Source: Malacoraja senta (taxonomy: Eukaryota). Taken from it: DNA of 64,000 nucleotides. Of the stretch, positions 59,881 to 64,000 are shown piece after piece. The notes under the pieces were generated by a model, which had not been told where the DNA came from, made no database searches, and saw only the letters and a program-made list of their open reading frames with translations. Numbering within the stretch: position 1 is the stretch's first letter; each line of letters begins with the position of its first letter. Position numbers and translations under genes: made by a program. The stretch is taken from the NCBI GenBank assembly GCA_038087875.1, contig JAXLNO010000446.1:682001-746000 (forward strand). The letters run 5' to 3'.

Positions 59881-62875
59881 TCAAGTCAAGAGAGTTTATT
59901 GTCATGTGGCCCAGATAGGACAATGAAATTCTTGCTTGCTGCAGCACAACAGAATATTGTAAGCAAAAATACAGAACAGTGTGTCTATATAACCATAGAC
60001 CATATATATAGATGTGTTTAATAGCCTGATGGCTGTGGGGAAGTAGCTGTTCCTGAACCTGGATGTTACAGATGAAAATGTGCAATGGGCTATTAATGTT
60101 CAGAGTTTTGTTTGAGTTGAGTTTAATAGCCTGATGGCTGTGGGGAAGCAGCTATTCCTGAACCTGGATGTTACAGATTTCAGGCTCCTGTACCTTCTAC
60201 CTGATGGCAACGGGGAGATGAGTGTGTGGCCAGGATGGTGTGGGTCCTTGATGATGCTGCCAGCCTTTTTGAGTCAGCGACTGCGATAGATCCCCTCGAT
60301 GGTAGGGAGGTCAGAGCCAGTGATGACCTGGGCAGTGTTTACAACTTTTTGTAGTCTTTTCCATTCCTGGGTGCACAAGTTGCCGAACCAAGCCACGATG
60401 CAACCAGTCAACATGCTCTCTACTGTGCACCTGTAGAAGTTCGAGAGAGTCCTCCTTGACAAACCGACTCTCCGTAATCTTCTCAGGAAGTAGAGGAGCT
60501 GGTGTGCTTTCTTTATAATAGGATCAGTGTGTTAGGACTAGGAGAGATCTTCTTAAAGATGCACGCCCAGGAATTTCAAGTTCTTGACCCTCTCCACCAT
60601 TGACCCGTTGATATAAACGGGACTGTGGGTCCCCATCCTACACCTTCCAAAGTCCACAATCAGTTCCTTGGTTTTGCTGGTGTTGAGAGCCAGATTATTG
60701 TGCTGGCACCATTTGGTCAATCCGTCGATCTCACTTCTATACTCTGACTCATCCCCATCAGTGATACGTCCCACAACAGTGGTGTCGTCGGCGAACTTGA
60801 TGATGGAGTTCGCACTATGTCCGGCTACGCAGTCATGAGTATAGAGTGAGTACAGCAGGGGGCTGAGCACGCAGCCTTGAGGTGCTCCCGTGCTGATTGT
60901 TATCCAGGCTGACACATTTCCACTGTGGTCTGTGAATGAGGAAGTCGCGGATCCAATTGCAGAGGGATGCGCAGAGACCCAGAACTGTGGGCTTGGTAAC
61001 CAGCTTGGAGGGGATGTAGTCTATGAATAACTGCCTGACATATGAGTTTTTGTTGTCCAAGTGGTCCAGAGCGGAGTGGAGAGCCAGTGAGATCGCATCC
61101 ACCATTGATCTGTTGTGGCGGTAAGCGAGCTGCAGTGGGTTGAGGTTCTTGTCGAGGTAGGAGTTGATCTGCGTCATGATCAACCTCTCAAAGCACTTCA
61201 TCACCACGGGCGTTAGTGCCACAGGTCGATTGTCATTGAGGTACGTCACCTTACTCTTCTTGGGCACTGGTATAATTGATGCCCTTTTAAAGCAGGTGGG
61301 AACCTCAGACCTCAGAAGTGAGAGGTTGAAAATGTTCGTAAAAATTCCAGCCAGTTGGTCCGCACAGGTTTTTAGAACAAGACCGGGTATACCATCAGGT
61401 CCAGGCGCTTTTCGAGGGTTCACCCCTCTGAAGGATTTCCTGACGTCGGCCTCTGTGACTGAGACTGAAATACCATCACAGCGAATGGGGGCTCGAGAAG
61501 GCACATCAGTATTCTCCCTATCAAAGCGTGCGTAAAACGCATTGAGCTCGTCAGGGAGTGATGCTTCACTGACATTTGAGCTGCCTCCTGATTTCGCCTT
61601 GTAGGAGGTGATTGCATTCAGGCCCCGCCACAGTTGCCGAACATCTGTCTCATCCTCCAGCTTGGAGCAGGTCCTTTTTGGCGTTTTTGATGGCCTTACC
61701 AAGGTCATATCTGGACTTCTTGTAGACCTCTGTATCTCCAGACCTGAATACCCGGGTCTGGTCTGCAGAAGAATGTGGATCTCATGGTTCATCCAAGCCT
61801 TCTGTTTAGGAAACACTCGGAAGGTTTTTGTTGGGATGCAGTCCTCCACACATTTCTTTATGAAGTCTGTAACGACTGTAGCGTGTTCATTAAGGTCCGT
61901 TGCCGAGTCCCTGAATATTTCCCTGTCTACAGACTCCAAACAGTCCTGGAGTTGTTCCTCTGGTGTCTGGTGTTTGTTGACCATGGCGTGCAGCTCCCCC
62001 AGTGCCAGATGGACATCTGCCTGGGGAGGGATGTAGACCGCGGTCAGGATGATGGAGGTGAATTCCCTCAGTAGGTAGAAGCGACGGCACTTCCTCGCCA
62101 GGTGTTCGAGGTGTGGAGAGCAGGAGTTGGACAGGACTGCCACGTCTGAGCACCACGCAGAGTTGACCATGGGGCAGACGCCCCCTCCTCTCCCTTTCCC
62201 AGATGCCTGCGTACGGTCCATACGGTGGATGGAGAACCCTTCAGGCTGGACCGCTGCGTCTGGGGAGCTGGGGGTGAGACATGTCTCTGTGAAACAGAAC
62301 ACAGAGCATTCCCTCAGCTCTATTTGGTAAAGCAGCCTTGCCCTTAAGTCCTCCACTTTATTTTCAAGGGATTGTACGTTGGCCAGTAGGATGGTAGGGA
62401 GAGGGGGTCGAAGTCCCCTGCGCTTCATTCTGACCTGAAGTCCTGCCCGTCGGCCACGTTTCCGGACACAATGTAGGCCTTTCCGTTGTTTCCAGGTACT
62501 GAGTCTACTGTACCTGCTGTTTCTGCGAACCTGCGCTGGTACGGGGATTCCCCTGCATACAGCAGCTCCAGCTGCGTTGCTGCTGGGAGATCCTGCCCGT
62601 CGGCTCCGGAGGTCTTCCCGGTGTTTCCAGGTAACATACCTGTGATCCTCCGTCGGGTCGGGTGTTCTCCAACGACCGAGGGATCGTTTACAGTCGGGGG
62701 CTCCCGCAGCTGCGGGAGATCGCGTTATCGCTACTGCCTTCAAGTGCGCTAGCAGCTTGTCCGATACGGCGCCGATTTCTGACGTTTCCCTGATCCAGTT
62801 GAGTTAAGTGAAGTTGTAAATAATTCTCTTCTGTTGAGCTGCTGGCAAATGGTCGCCACAGGCAGCCGCCATCTT
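59881..62875 (-). mobile_element. Near full-length decayed Rex1/Babar LINE (APE + RT)
   Basis: LANVQSLENK, CFTET, VYIPP, KAPGPDGIPG, RPVALTPVVMKCFERL, GAPQGCVLSP, KFADDTT. 5' AAGATGGCGG, (CTTGA)n tail. Confidence 0.95.
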
Positions 62876-63441
62876 TGTTCTGTTAAGATCTATTGTTCTT
62901 TTTCATTGTGTTGTGTTCTGTTAATTGTATGTCTGCATGGTAACTCAAATATCACTGTACCTTAATTGGTGCATGTGGCAATAAATGTGAATCTGAATCT
63001 GAAGAGAATACGTATAGAGCAAGGTGAAGTCCGATTAAAGATAGTCCGAGGGTCTCCAGTGAGGTAGATGGGAGGTCTGGACTGCTCTCCAGTTGGTGGT
63101 AGGATGGTTCAGTTACCTGATAACAACTGGGAAGAAACTGTCCCTGAATCTAACAGCCTTTCCTGTTTGTAGAATAAGGACAGTATTTAAATTATACCTT
63201 TTCAAGAGATGGTTTCTACGGCTGGAGTGGAGGTACACATAGGGTTATTGTTGGATGGTGGTGCCCTACACAAGCTGCCAGCTCTGGCAGTGTCTTGTCA
63301 GGAGTTTGTTGGGGGTTGTTTATTTTGCTGTGATTAATAAGTGTTGAACTGATTGTGTGTTTTATGCCGGTCACCACCAACACTGCCGGCCACACATCTA
63401 ATTACACGGGCTGCATTCTCACCACTACATCACGACATCGA

Positions 63442-63910
63442 AATTTTGTACGTTTCTATAAGATCCCCTCTCAATCTCCTAAATTCTGGCTTATACTCGC
63501 TAGAATTTAGGAGATTGAGAGGGGATCTTATAGAAACGTACAAAATTCTTATGGGGTTGGACAGGCTAGATGCAGGAAGATTGTTCCCGATGTTGGGGAA
63601 GTCCAGGACAAGGGGTCACAGCTTAAGGATAAGGGGGAAATCCTTTAAGACCGAGATGAGGAAAAACTTTTTCACACAGAGAGTGGTGAATCTCTGGAAC
63701 TCTCTGCCACAGAGGGTAGTTGAGGCCAGTTCATTGGCTATATTTAAGAGGGAGTTACATGTGGCCCTTGTGGCTAAAGGGATCAGGGGGTATGGAGAGA
63801 AGGCAGGTACGGGATACTGAGTTGGATGATCAGCCATGATCATATTGAATGGCGGTGCAGGCTTGAAGGGCCGAATGGCCTACTCCTGCACCTATTTTCT
63901 ATGTATCTAT
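63442..63910 (+). mobile_element. Young CR1 3' fragment with a 5' inverted duplication
   Basis: Peptide almost identical to 33155-33526. 46-bp perfect inverted arms. Confidence 0.92.
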
Positions 63911-64000
63911 GGATCTGTGATGCACTTTGTCCAACGCACTGAATCACTGAGAAGTGCTGAGGCCTGGCTTTTCCAGTTATCAGTAAACTTGTGACCTAAT

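Noticed and set aside
60833..62743. 636-aa ORF as an intact or domesticated reverse transcriptase
   Set aside because: Rex1/Babar ORF with internal deletions and frameshifts; the FADD motif lies in another frame.

Overview
Repeat-dominated vertebrate genomic DNA, most likely from a cartilaginous fish (skate/ray/shark), judged from abundant HE1-type SINEs and HER1/CR1 LINEs. One clear host gene is present: AGA (lysosomal aspartylglucosaminidase) on the minus strand. Coding exons 1, 2, 4, 5 and 6 lie between 21508 and 1891, exon 3 is probably hidden in a 200-N gap, and exons 7-9 fall off the left edge. The rest is nested mobile DNA: CR1, L2, Rex1/Babar, L1-like and RTE-derived retroposons, Penelope-like elements with hammerhead-type motifs, two rearranged Gypsy derivatives, a full-length decayed Passport-like Tc1, hAT and Harbinger MITEs, and non-autonomous Helitrons. 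The most notable signals are: (1) Helitrons with exact A|T insertion junctions carrying different CpG-rich cargos, one a coding-like exon with a splice donor and one a TATA/Inr/YY1 promoter plus first exon; (2) a Gypsy-LTR-derived fold-back element with inverted ends; (3) a (TG)n expansion that separates the AGA exon 2 acceptor from its polypyrimidine tract by about 360 nt; (4) dispersed 66-bp Penelope-derived arrays, two of which share a palindromic interruption. Most long ORFs in the supplied track are artefacts of simple repeats. Repeat boundaries were read by eye and are approximate unless junctions are quoted. Family and human-protein comparisons are from recall, not from searches.
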